DNA of 63,729 nt, the filler included, from Atractiella rhizophila (lineage: Eukaryota): the NCBI GenBank assembly GCA_021432655.1. It is 8 parts of 7 records of this genome, joined end to end, with 100 filler letters (N's around TTAATTAATTAA, not from the genome) between each part and the next. Parts side by side here need not be neighbours in the genome. Positions count along the whole stretch, not along the records: positions 1 to 16,339 come from MU271311.1; positions 16,440 to 42,369 come from MU271314.1; 6 more parts are not named here. One strand, given 5' to 3'. Below, piece after piece: positions 14,386 through 25,361 of this stretch. How positions within the stretch are numbered: the first letter of the stretch is position 1; each line of letters opens with the position of its first letter. The translations under genes were made by a program, and so were the position numbers. The notes beneath the pieces were generated by a model. It did no database searches, was not told where the DNA came from, and was given only the letters and a program-made list of their open reading frames with translations.

Positions 14386-15260
14386 TCACTTTCTGGCAAA
14401 CCCACTCACTGCTGGGTACAACCCATCCAGCCTTCCTACCGTCTCACATTCGACCTCTTTCCACTCTCCCGCTCTTCCGATGCTTTCCATTGTATTCTTG
14501 TCAAGCCTGCAGCCATCGAAGAACCACACAACGATGGGGCTCCAAAATCGTTGCCATGTCCTTATCCAGCGCGACGAGGGATGCAGGATGTGCTCGTGGA
14601 ACAGAAATGTTCCACCAGGTTTGAGGACATTGTGAATGTTGCTGATGGAGCTCTGATGACAGGAACAGAGAGTGAGGATCGCGAGGACATGATTGAGAGA
14701 GTTTGGGGAAATAGGCACGGAGGGCGAAGAAAACAGCGAAGGAAGTTCTGTTTGGCCATTAGATTGTCCTGCAGATGATGAATGCTCACCCTCCAACGTG
14801 TAAGGAAGAAGCAGGATTTGCGAAGGCCGCCAGTCGAGTGCTCGTGCTTCTTCCATAATCGCTCTGTGCATATTCACATTCGGCTCAAGAGCAATATAAA
14901 GCTCAACCTAGCCATACAGGAATCAAAATGTTGACTCTTTCAAGCAGTATTTGTGAAGCAAATATATACCTTGTGCTTATCGAGGTATCTAAGCGTAACC
15001 CCACGGCCAGCGCCAACATCAAGCACCTTCCCTTCCACCTTCCCTTCTAGCAGCTTCTGCTTCGCCTCCCTCCGTCCAGCGTCCATACCATCAGAAGCTA
15101 ATGCCCAAGTGTGCGAAAAAAACTCTCGACGAAGAGCAGAAGGGGAGAGAAGGAGGGTAGGTTTTCGAAAGATAGCTCGAACGGTTGGAGGGAGAGAATA
15201 ACGCAAACAGTCAATTAAATCGTTGAGAGGAGAGAGAACGGGAGGAAGTGGAAGCGCCAT
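14386..15260 (-). CDS. SAM-dependent methyltransferase (METTL7-like)
   Basis: Motif I VLDVGAGRG, ALEPN, ILTLCS, VLKPGGTFLFHEH, DGCRL. Confidence 0.88.
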
Positions 15261-15804
15261 GACGGCTCTCCTTTCTGTTTATTTGTTTCGATTGAAACGG
15301 CGGATTTGAAAGCAGGATCGAACCTTTTATGAGGAACACAACGAACAAAGTTTACCCAGTTCACTCTGCACACATTCGGTAATGTTCTCCAGGTCATTCA
15401 ACTAGCTTTAGATTAACACTGGAGCTGACTGGAGTTATTATTTTCTAGTTGTACTAACCATTTAGCTTGAACTTGAATGACTGGCCACTTTCCTCTTCAG
15501 CAATTCGAAAAAGGAATGACACTGGACTGTATGTCGCCTTCAGAATACTCGTCTGGGCCTATATATACTGTGATGATACGTCTAGACTGGGGCACTGACA
15601 AATGTTGAGCAAAGAAGTGGCTAGCTACTAGCACTCGATCAAGAAGGATGGTAAACCTGAACACGGATGAAGGTGCTGTGCTGTGAGTTGCGTCGCCTCA
15701 CTCGCCTCACTTGGAACAATTACAAGCTCAGTGTCCAAATGCAAGAACTGAGGTGCTTAACGCAGATGGTATTGTCAACTGGTTTGTGGGTTTGCAGCTG
15801 AAGG

Positions 15805-16339
15805 AAAAGTGTGTCAGTGCCCTCGTCCCTCGGGCATCCCCCCCCGCCAGGGGCTTCGCCCCTTGGACCCCAGCCTCCGGCGGCCACTGCGTGGAGCTCT
15901 TGCCTCTGGCAGCCACTGCATGGGGCCTCGCCTTCGGCGAGATCAGAGTTACACTTGTCCTGCAGTTGTCAAGTGTGAAGAGTATTGTCAGTCTATTTGC
16001 ATACGTTCTTGTAGATTCAAAACTTCTCTATATACTACATTCTCAGTTTTCTTATTATCAGTCCCTTCCACTTGACGTAAATAAACTCTAAGATTCTTCA
16101 CATTTGAAGCTCTTGACAGTCCGACATAAAGTTGTCCATGAGCAAACACAGGGGTGTCCAAGTAGAGGCCGACAGTCTCAACTGACTGACCTTGTGACTT
16201 GTTGATAGTGAGGCAGAATGCTAACTTGATTGGGAATTGAAACCGGCGTAGGACAAAGGGAAATGAATTGGAGACTTTGCTATCCAAAGCGATGCGTGGA
16301 ATGAGAACTGAGTTGCCTGCGAATGCACCTGTGACAATT
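15805..16339 (-). mobile_element. Helitron-family element, 3' end (C-terminus of the PIF1-like Rep/Hel helicase plus GC-rich terminal hairpins), truncated by the contig edge
   Basis: 15988-16339 encodes VLIPRI...RRFQFPIKLAFCLTINKSQGQS...PVFAHGQLYVGLSR...TENVVYREVL, the typical Helitron helicase end. Downstream hairpins CTCGCCGAAGGCGAG and AGGGGCGAAGCCCCT, then ACTTTT. Confidence 0.88.
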
Positions 16340-16439
16340 NNNNNNNNNNNNNNNNNNNNNNNNNNNNNNNNNNNNNNNNNNNNTTAATTAATTAANNNNN
16401 NNNNNNNNNNNNNNNNNNNNNNNNNNNNNNNNNNNNNNN
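16340..16439. other. Artificial contig spacer (44N-TTAATTAATTAA-44N); same spacer at 42370, 49171, 50420, 55240, 60643 and 62453
   Basis: Identical 12-mer with stops in all six frames centred in 100-nt N blocks; genes are cut at each spacer. Confidence 0.97.
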
Positions 16440-17570
16440 ATGGTCTGAGCTGTACGACCGCGTTGTGAAGACGCCGCGTCTGGCGAATGAGGCGTCGTAG
16501 ATTCTTCAAAGACATCCTGCCTTCAGTGCAGTGTCAGCTCATGTTTTCAACCAAGCGAAATTGTAATTCATTCGAAACTATGCAACGTATGTCTACTGGC
16601 AGCCAGCAGTCGTTGTGCATTCAAGCCTCCCAGCTCAGGATACGAACTCTCATAGACACCCGATGGCATTCACCTCAAAAACACTAAGTTTTATTCCTTC
16701 ATCTACAAAACCACTTTGCATATATCTACAAGCGGGTACTTCCTAAAGTGTGCCAAAAATATGACAAGAAGCGTTTTAACAAATCGTTCATTAATTTTAT
16801 GCATATACAACACATATCTGCTGTTGCTATCATAGTCAGGAGAAAAGTAAGGCAGCTCGCGTGCTGAAAGATCAGTGTGACAGCGTTTGCATTGTGGAGG
16901 TCTTGCTTGTGCTGTAAAGGAGTCTTTGTAACACACGACATTAAAATCTGGAATACGTATGAATCTGAGTCGCACTTCAATAATCACTTCTCAAGAACGG
17001 AAAGATCTATTCGCTATATTCCTTTCAAATGGGTAGTGCACTTTCCACCAGTTTGCACTTTTCTCCAGACGAACACTTCTTGTGTTTTAACCCTCTACCG
17101 GAGTAAAGCAAAGTGCAACTTTTCCCTCTCTATCTCGTTCAAACGCAAAGGTAAGGGAAGACATACCGGACCTCTTCATCCCAAACCCACCATGCCATCC
17201 TGGTGCAAATGAGCACCAACTCCCTCAACTGTCCCACCATCTCAACCACTTTCTCCATATCCACATCGCTCCCCACCCCGACATCAATTCCAACTCTCAC
17301 TTGCCGACCTCCTGTAGCGCCTTCAAGTCTATCCAGCAAGTGCAGAAGCAGTTTGCGCGTCTCGTAAGCTCCCTTGTTCAGCTGTGGTATTGGTGCTGAA
17401 GTGGACGGAGCTGCGGTCTCTGCTGGTGCTAAAGATGTGTTTATTGCGGGCGGAGAGGTTGAGAGCTGGGTGAAGGATAGGGAGAAGGGAGAGGTAGGCG
17501 GAAGGTCATGGTATGGAGACGAGCCTGAGAAGATTGGTTCTGCTGCTGCCATGCTGGATGGAACTGACAT
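16440..17570 (-). CDS. 5' part of the large C1-zinc-finger-containing protein, second copy, running off the contig (probably the intact copy)
   Basis: Identical to 20579-21709 (MSVPSSMAAAEP...ETRKLLLHLLDRL). Confidence 0.7.
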
Positions 17571-17931
17571 TAATGTGGGGCTAGCTTGGGTACCACTGTC
17601 TGAGAGGTATCAAGTAAGGATGTCCATCCCACAAAAGTACGGATTGTATAACAGTTTGGAAGCTGATGAAGAACCAGTGTATAGCCGAAACGCCTCCGAG
17701 ACACCAGCTTCGATGAGTCCTGCAAGGTTTCATTAATTTCATTGCCCTCCAACGACGCTCTATCCGGTCTGTAGTTGCTGTCTTCTAAACCGTGGGCACG
17801 TCTGCATTAGAAGGATTGACTAATACTCAATCGCCTCTTCGTTCATCCCTTTAAGGGGTCAACTCAACGATGGTATTAGAGCAATGTCATATGATCTGAG
17901 GGAAGTATACCATTAACATAATGCAATCCTG

Positions 17932-18903
17932 TCAATCCTCCAAAATGTCCATCCAAGTTACCCACTCCTTTACTCTCGTACTGATCCTAACCGCACATTT
18001 CGATTGTTCAACCAGTCTTGCACAGGTTTCTGGAACTCGAATTTCGTCCAAATGATCAAAAACTCCTTCTCCGATCTGTTTTGCTAGATAACGCTCGTCC
18101 CAAATATAATTGATGTAGAGCTCCTGAATTGCGGTTTTATTGAGACATGCTTTTAATTCATCCAAGTACCACTCTGTGAAACTGTGTATTCTCAATCTGC
18201 GAAGAGAAGTAAGATCACAGAGCAGCGCAAAAGTATTTCGGATATTCTCCTCTACGCAAAAGCTGTTGAGGGAGAGGGATTGGAGTGAGCTTCTGACAAG
18301 TTGGACTGTGTGCGGAACCCTTCTGCGTCCTTCGATTTGATCCTGAGACAATCCGTATAGGTATGTATACCTGCTTGAAAGTGAGAAGGCCATGTTCTGG
18401 ATGGACATGGGATCGAAGTGCTGGGCAAGCAAATCATCCGATATCGGGCAATCAGAAAAAGAAATGTAGGGGACGGTTAGACGGCTAATTGCCATGTTCT
18501 TTCGTGTAGAAGTGAAACCATCGAATGCGACATGATGCAGGTTCTGGGATAAATGAAGGTTAGGAAAGACTTCTGAGATCTCTAATGTTCCTCTGTAGTG
18601 GTCCCATCGCTGCGCGAGCAGTTTTCGAAGCCGTGGTAGCGCTGGGGCACCGCGATACGAGGATATCCCTAACCTGAGGCGGATTAAATTTGAGGAGCAG
18701 ACCTTTAGGATGGTGCTCAGATCATCAACATTGGCGAATAGCCTGTCTGCCAGGTAAAGGGTGGTCAGAGAACAGCATTTGGTCGTCACAGCCTCTGTAG
18801 TTTCCTGCGGTAATGGCGGCTGAAGGAAGAGTTTCAGGCTGGCCAGGGAAGGGGGGAGATCAAAACCGTGAAAATCGAAGACGCTTGTCTGCAAAAATAT
18901 AAC
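17932..18903 (-). pseudogene. 5'-truncated duplicate of the F-box/LRR gene at 22071-23723
   Basis: 320-aa ORF nearly identical to the C-terminal part of the 550-aa ORF; lacks the start and F-box; begins at the duplication junction. Confidence 0.8.
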
Positions 18904-21709
18904 GAAACCGCTTGAGCAATATAGGCTTCGTATAGCTGGACAAGGTAATGAAGCTCGAAGTTGTCCATACTCTCTGTAGCGGCTGCAATTCTCAATGGTC
19001 CGGATTGATTTACGAGGATGGTTCCTGCGGCAATCCCGTACTCAAGTAAATGTAGCTGAATCCAAAGCTGAGTATAGAAAATAAGGACGTCTTCGTGGGT
19101 CCTGTTCTTCAGTTGCGACTCATTCATTACAATGGGCTTGAAATGTGCTAGAAAGTCTTTCCGCAGATCTGTCCAGTCGATGCTGATTTCCTTCACTGGA
19201 GACGAATCGGCTGGGACGCAACGAGATGCGTCTTCATGCGGCGTGCGTGCGAGTGATTGAAGGCATGTCCAATGTGCGAACTTGAAACATTTGTTGCATT
19301 TGTACCCTTGAGCTGTCGTTCCCCATAGAGGTTTGCGGCAGCTTGAACGACAATGAGCAATGAGTGGTTTACAGAGAGCCAACGAACCAGAAACAGATCA
19401 TCAGCGTAAAGCAGTTGACCAAACGGTAAGCATGATTGGCCACTTCGAAGAAAGTGGGCATGAACCGCGATTCAGATGCCGACTTCTGACCCATTCGCTG
19501 GCCATTGAGTTCAGCTGGTATATAACTGAATCGGGGAGCAGCAATCCTGTTCATACCAGTATCGGTGACGTAGTGACTCATAAAAGAAGCATCTTTCGTG
19601 TTGAGGCAATTGAAGTGCACGGGATCGTGATGCCCAGTTATACAACGCAGTCCAAACCCTTCTACCAGCTTCCCACACTCCAAGCACTGAGCGCTACCCC
19701 CTGCATACTTCCAAGGGACAAAAACGTGAGCATCATCCCTTCCCTTGTTTTTTTGGCCACGCGGCGTAGCGACAACAACATTCCCTCTGGCAGGATGGGT
19801 CCACGGAGACACTTCGACAGCTTCGGATTGCTTACTATCTAGTCTAGGGAGAGGGTCAGCGACGGAGAGGTGTCCTATCGCTCGTGGATAGAAGGCAGCA
19901 AGAATGGATAGGGCTGCAAGGCGGGATTTGGAGCTTCCGTACGCTATTATCTCGAGGAGATCCATGTAGGCGTCGGATTTGAGATCGACAATTGTCTCAA
20001 TGAGTGCCTTCAAGCAATAGGAAGTTTCAGCGCGCTTGAAAGTGATGTTGCCCAAACAACTCGAAAGTACGGGGGCGACGAGAGAGGTGAGATGATACAC
20101 ATCGCTCCTTTGGCCGCCGACAAAAGAGCTTGAGTGACCTCGATTGCCGATTTTGAACTTCGGAAGTTCTTCAGACATATCTACCGGTTCCTCCACGGTA
20201 AGAGTAGGGACTCCGGGTGCTGGTTGGATGATACTATCATAATGTTCATGAATGTCCTCCCACATTCGCCTCAGATTCACCAAGCTTTCGCTGAGCAACG
20301 CTCGGTAGAACTTCATCATGCGAACCTTCATGGCTTCTGCCCATCCTTCAAATCCGCCCAGAAGGCTCAATCCCAAAGTTTCCTCAGCCGTACGATGTGT
20401 CCCATTGTCCCTCAAACCCTTAGCAAGTGCAATCCCGACGTCGAGGATCAAGGACTGGAGAATCAGCGGTGGTTGCTTTGGACCGAAAGACTCCAACGGT
20501 TGTGCGGCGAGGAGCGTGAGTCGCGAAAGCAAGGCAAAAAAAGAAGGAAGGAGAGACGAGGGACGCGTAACTGAACCCATGGTCTGAGCTGTACGACCGC
20601 GTTGTGAAGACGCCGCGTCTGGCGAATGAGGCGTCGTAGATTCTTCAAAGACATCCTGCCTTCAGTGCAGTGTCAGCTCATGTTTTCAACCAAGCGAAAT
20701 TGTAATTCATTCGAAACTATGCAACGTATGTCTACTGGCAGCCAGCAGTCGTTGTGCATTCAAGCCTCCCAGCTCAGGATACGAACTCTCATAGACACCC
20801 GATGGCATTCACCTCAAAAACACTAAGTTTTATTCCTTCATCTACAAAACCACTTTGCATATATCTACAAGCGGGTACTTCCTAAAGTGTGCCAAAAATA
20901 TGACAAGAAGCGTTTTAACAAATCGTTCATTAATTTTATGCATATACAACACATATCTGCTGTTGCTATCATAGTCAGGAGAAAAGTAAGGCAGCTCGCG
21001 TGCTGAAAGATCAGTGTGACAGCGTTTGCATTGTGGAGGTCTTGCTTGTGCTGTAAAGGAGTCTTTGTAACACACGACATTAAAATCTGGAATACGTATG
21101 AATCTGAGTCGCACTTCAATAATCACTTCTCAAGAACGGAAAGATCTATTCGCTATATTCCTTTCAAATGGGTAGTGCACTTTCCACCAGTTTGCACTTT
21201 TCTCCAGACGAACACTTCTTGTGTTTTAACCCTCTACCGGAGTAAAGCAAAGTGCAACTTTTCCCTCTCTATCTCGTTCAAACGCAAAGGTAAGGGAAGA
21301 CATACCGGACCTCTTCATCCCAAACCCACCATGCCATCCTGGTGCAAATGAGCACCAACTCCCTCAACTGTCCCACCATCTCAACCACTTTCTCCATATC
21401 CACATCGCTCCCCACCCCGACATCAATTCCAACTCTCACTTGCCGACCTCCTGTAGCGCCTTCAAGTCTATCCAGCAAGTGCAGAAGCAGTTTGCGCGTC
21501 TCGTAAGCTCCCTTGTTCAGCTGTGGTATTGGTGCTGAAGTGGACGGAGCTGCGGTCTCTGCTGGTGCTAAAGATGTGTTTATTGCGGGCGGAGAGGTTG
21601 AGAGCTGGGTGAAGGATAGGGAGAAGGGAGAGGTAGGCGGAAGGTCATGGTATGGAGACGAGCCTGAGAAGATTGGTTCTGCTGCTGCCATGCTGGATGG
21701 AACTGACAT
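18834..21709 (-). pseudogene. Large hypothetical protein with two C1 (PKC/DAG-type) Cys/His fingers, truncated at the duplication junction
   Basis: HVFVPW..QCLECGKLVEGFGLRC..HDPVHFNC and HAYRLV..IC..SCRKPLWGTTAQGYKCNKCFKFAHWTC; the frame runs out of phase into F-box sequence at 18903 and stops at 18834. Confidence 0.7.
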
Positions 21710-22070
21710 TAATGTGGGGCTAGCTTGGGTACGACTGTCTGAGAGGTATCAAGTAAGGATGTCCATCCCACAAAAGTACGGATTGTATAACAGTTTGGAA
21801 GCTGATGAAGAACCAGTGTATAGCCGAAACGCCTCCGAGACACCAGCTTCGATGAGTCCTGCAAGGTTTCATTAATTTCATTGCCCTCCAACGACGCTCT
21901 ATCCGGTCTGTAGTTGCTGTCTTCTAAACCGTGGGCACGTCTGCATTAGAAGGATTGACTAATACTCAATCGCCTCTTCGTTCATCCCTTTAAAGGGTCA
22001 ACTCAACGATGGTATTAGAGCAATGTCATATGATCTGAGGGAAGTATACCATTAACATAATGCAATCCTG

Positions 22071-23723
22071 TCAATCCTCCAAAATGTCCATCCAAGTTAC
22101 CCACTCCTTTACTCTCGTACTGATCCTAACCGCACATTTCGATTGTTCAACCAGTCTTGCACAGGTTTCTGGAACTCGAATTTCGTCCAAATGATCAAAA
22201 ACTCCTTCTCCGATCTGTTTTGCTAGATAACGCTCGTCCCAAATATAATTGATGTAGAGCTCCTGAATTGCGGTTTTATTGAGACATGCTTTTAATTCAT
22301 CCAAGTACCACTCTGTGAAACTGTGTATTCTCAATCTGCGAAGAGAAGTAAGATCACAGAGCAGCGCAAAAGTATTTCGGATATTCTCCTCTACGCAAAA
22401 GCTGTTGAGGGAGAGGGATTGGAGTGAGCTTCTGACAAGTTGGACTGTGTGCGGAACCCTTCTGCGTCCTTCGATTTGATCCTGAGACAATCCGTATAGG
22501 TATGTGTACCTGCTTGAAAGTGAGAAGGCCATGTTCTGGATGGACATTGGGTCGAAGTGCTGGGCAAGCAAATCATCCGATCTCGGGCAATCAGAAAAAG
22601 AAATGTAGGGGACGGTTAGACGGCTAATTGCCATGTTCTTTCGTGTAGAAGTGAAACCATCGAATGCGACATGATGCAGGTTCTGGGATAAATGAAGGTT
22701 AGGAAAGACTTCTGAGATCTCTAATGTTCCTCTGTAGTGGTCCCATCGCTGCGCGAGCAGTTTTCGAAGTCGTGGTAGTGCTGGGACACCTCGATACGAC
22801 GAGATCCCTAACCTGAGACGGATTAAATTTGACGAGCAGACCTTCAGGATGGTGCTCAGATCATCAACATTGGCGAATAGCCTGTCTGCCAGGTAAAGGG
22901 TGGTCAGAGAACAGCATTTGGTCGTCACAGCCTCTGTAGTTTCCTGCGGTAATGGCGGCTGAAGGAAGAGTTTCAGGCTGGCCAGGGAAGGGGGGAGATC
23001 AAAACCGTGAAAATCGAAGACGCTTGTCTGCAAAAATATAACAAGCCGTTTTAGTAGAGAGAGACTGCTAATCGACATCAAAACATGATGATGGATAGCT
23101 GGTCCACGGGACACGTGTGTAATATCAGGGTCCACAATTGAGAGATCCAAGTCAGTGAGACTATTACTCAGGAACCTAAAACCATCGAAAAAGGTCAAAT
23201 GTTCCAATCGACGTGCATGGGTCATATTGCTGTACGAAAATGTGAGTGTTTTCACGTTGCAGAACTGCGAAAAAGCATCCAAAGACGTCTGGATTGGTTG
23301 GAGATCTGTGTCATGGGACAGATGAAAGGACATCCGTACATCCCAAACAAGACTGGTTTTATCTAGCCTATTCTTCAGAATATTCACCAGATGACCGGCC
23401 TGCAAAGGCATGTGGAAAAGGTAGCCTTGAAAGATATCGTTGAAAGTTTTTGACACGGTCAGGATGTCGGCGACTTGAGCAGGTGTCACCTCAGCATCAT
23501 TTGTGAAAAGTTCTGCAATTTTGACAAGAAGTTCTGGAGGCAGAAGTTGCAGGTTAAAACGCTGATTTGCGGGTTCAAGTCGAGTCTTCATCATCAAGCG
23601 CTTCGCGTAACGGTATTTGACAAGAAGTTCTGGAGGCAGAAGTTGCAGGTTAAAACGCTGATTTGCGGGTTCAAGTCGAGTCTTCATCATCAAGCGCTTC
23701 GCGTAACGGTATTTTCCATCCAA
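22071..23723 (-). CDS. F-box/LRR-like protein (550 aa, single ORF)
   Basis: LQLLPPELLVKIAEL...ILTVSKTF F-box-like motif followed by LRR-like units (LTDLDL, LKRLVI, LTTLYL, LRRLRI). Confidence 0.75.
   Translation of the reverse strand: MDGKYRYAKRLMMKTRLEPANQRFNLQLLPPELLVKYRYAKRLMMKTRLEPANQRFNLQLLPPELLVKIAELFTNDAEVTPAQVADILTVSKTFNDIFQGYLFHMPLQAGHLVNILKNRLDKTSLVWDVRMSFHLSHDTDLQPIQTSLDAFSQFCNVKTLTFSYSNMTHARRLEHLTFFDGFRFLSNSLTDLDLSIVDPDITHVSRGPAIHHHVLMSISSLSLLKRLVIFLQTSVFDFHGFDLPPSLASLKLFLQPPLPQETTEAVTTKCCSLTTLYLADRLFANVDDLSTILKVCSSNLIRLRLGISSYRGVPALPRLRKLLAQRWDHYRGTLEISEVFPNLHLSQNLHHVAFDGFTSTRKNMAISRLTVPYISFSDCPRSDDLLAQHFDPMSIQNMAFSLSSRYTYLYGLSQDQIEGRRRVPHTVQLVRSSLQSLSLNSFCVEENIRNTFALLCDLTSLRRLRIHSFTEWYLDELKACLNKTAIQELYINYIWDERYLAKQIGEGVFDHLDEIRVPETCARLVEQSKCAVRISTRVKEWVTWMDILED
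23520..23714. repeat. Perfect 96-bp tandem duplication inside the F-box gene
   Basis: KYRYAKRLMMKTRLEPANQRFNLQLLPPELLV occurs twice in tandem, in frame. Confidence 0.95.
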
Positions 23724-24833
23724 AAGTCCCGAAGTCCAATTCTTCCTCCCCCTCTTGTTGGTATCCTATCGGTGAACGCTGGGTCAACCGCGATCTGTTG
23801 TTGCCTGTTAGTTGACACACTGAAAATTCCACATTAGCTATTTTGTGGAAAAGGCACGCTTTCACGAATCATTCTCCTCTCCCCACGCTGTCATTAGAGA
23901 GAACCCAGCAACACGGGTATAAAGACATCAAGGGTCGTCGCCAGTTCAAAACTAAATCTCTACACCGAATACTAGTAGGCAACAGGCAAATTATCCACTA
24001 ACCTAGGAGAGAATCTAGCAAACTCGTTACAACACTTGAAAGAAGGCGATCCTCTTTTCGCATTCAAATCCCAGTGTTTTCTCAAATGCGTTCCAATATT
24101 GTCTCGATTCTGCTAACACTTGTTTCATCCTAGCCCCGTGGGGCTGTGGGTAATTCATCATTCACAAATAAATGGTCGTTGGCACAGGCACAATCGGTAT
24201 ATATCAAAATTTTGAGCAGTAACTACATCCTCTCTTACCTATTAGCTCTCGCTTGTCATAAAAATCAATATGACGGGACAATCAGAAATTATTACAGAGA
24301 GAAATGTAGATACAATCCTGTTCCATCCTGCTCGCTCGAAGTAATTCTAACTGGACCATCCCATTCCCGTCACCAGTTTTCGAAGTCGGATGGACGGTAA
24401 GGCACTCGATACAGCGTCATTGCAACCTCAAGTGGACCAGGTTTGAGGAGCAGACCTTCAAAATTGAGCCCCAAGTCATTCAATCGGACGAAAACTTTGT
24501 CCCTTCAAGTCAGCTGTGGTTCAGAGAAATGCACTGCGGCGTCGGTCGAGCATGCAGTGGTTTCGAGTGGTATAGGCGGTCGAAAGGCAATTTTAAGGCT
24601 AAACAAGCTAGGAAGGAGCAAAAACGCGTGTATTTAAACCATTCTTGGTGCCAGCAAAGAAGACACTGTTGTTGCAGAGAAAGGCACCCAATCGACGACT
24701 CTGAGGATCGGCGTCGGCAGCTCACCAGAGTCTGTCACGTCATCCTCCTCAGTTGAGACCAAGCGTTCCAAATCAGATCGGGTTTATCTGACCTGTACTT
24801 GAGTATTCTCTTCAGGTGATGATTCGAAAGGGC

Positions 24834-24915
24834 ATGCGAAAGAGGTGGTATTGATGCGAAAGAGGTGGTATTGATGCGAAAGAGGTGGTATTGATGCGAA
24901 AGAGGTGGTATTGAT
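24834..24915. repeat. Minisatellite, 20-bp unit ATGCGAAAGAGGTGGTATTG x4
   Basis: Four perfect head-to-tail copies with no spacers. Confidence 0.95.
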
Positions 24916-25361
24916 AAAGAAACGAGATTGTTGCCTCAGTACTCAGCCTCAAATCAAAGCAGAATGTACTACTAACCAAGTCCATAAAATAGAGTGAATA
25001 CCAATTACTCACCCCAAACTTGCTGTTCTGCGAGAGGCGACGGAAACACTACAGATTACAGATTACGGGTAGCCACGTAGTGTCGTCCTCCGCGTTGCCG
25101 CCGGACCGCGGTTTACGGGTGTATGTTCCCCTTGTGTCGCGATGTAAGAGGATGGACCATGCGAGTCCTGTTCTGCTCCTTCTCTGTTCTGGAGTGAGCG
25201 TAGTTCTATCCTTTCATTTCATCTCCACCATACCATAAAAGGAGCTCGGCTTGACTCAGGTTTTCTGCCTCTGAAAACGATTTCTGCCTCAATTCGTTGC
25301 TTAGACGAGGTGACACCACAACACTCTTTCACTGTCCCACCGTCTTTCAGGTTAGACCATC

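Larger units (their letters stand above)
16440..23042. repeat. Tandem segmental duplication, period 4139 bp (16440-18903 matches 20579-23042)
   Basis: Duplicated ORF set offset by exactly 4139; about 15 substitutions between the copies; junction at 18903/18904. Confidence 0.95.

Noticed and set aside
16384..16395. Recurrent palindrome TTAATTAATTAA (7 copies) as a biological repeat
   Set aside because: Always centred in 100-nt N blocks and stops all six frames: a synthetic contig linker.
15805..23042. Helitron causing or capturing the adjacent duplication
   Set aside because: They are separated by an artificial spacer, so adjacency is not evidence.
24834..24915. CRISPR array
   Set aside because: No spacers and eukaryotic context; it is a plain tandem repeat.
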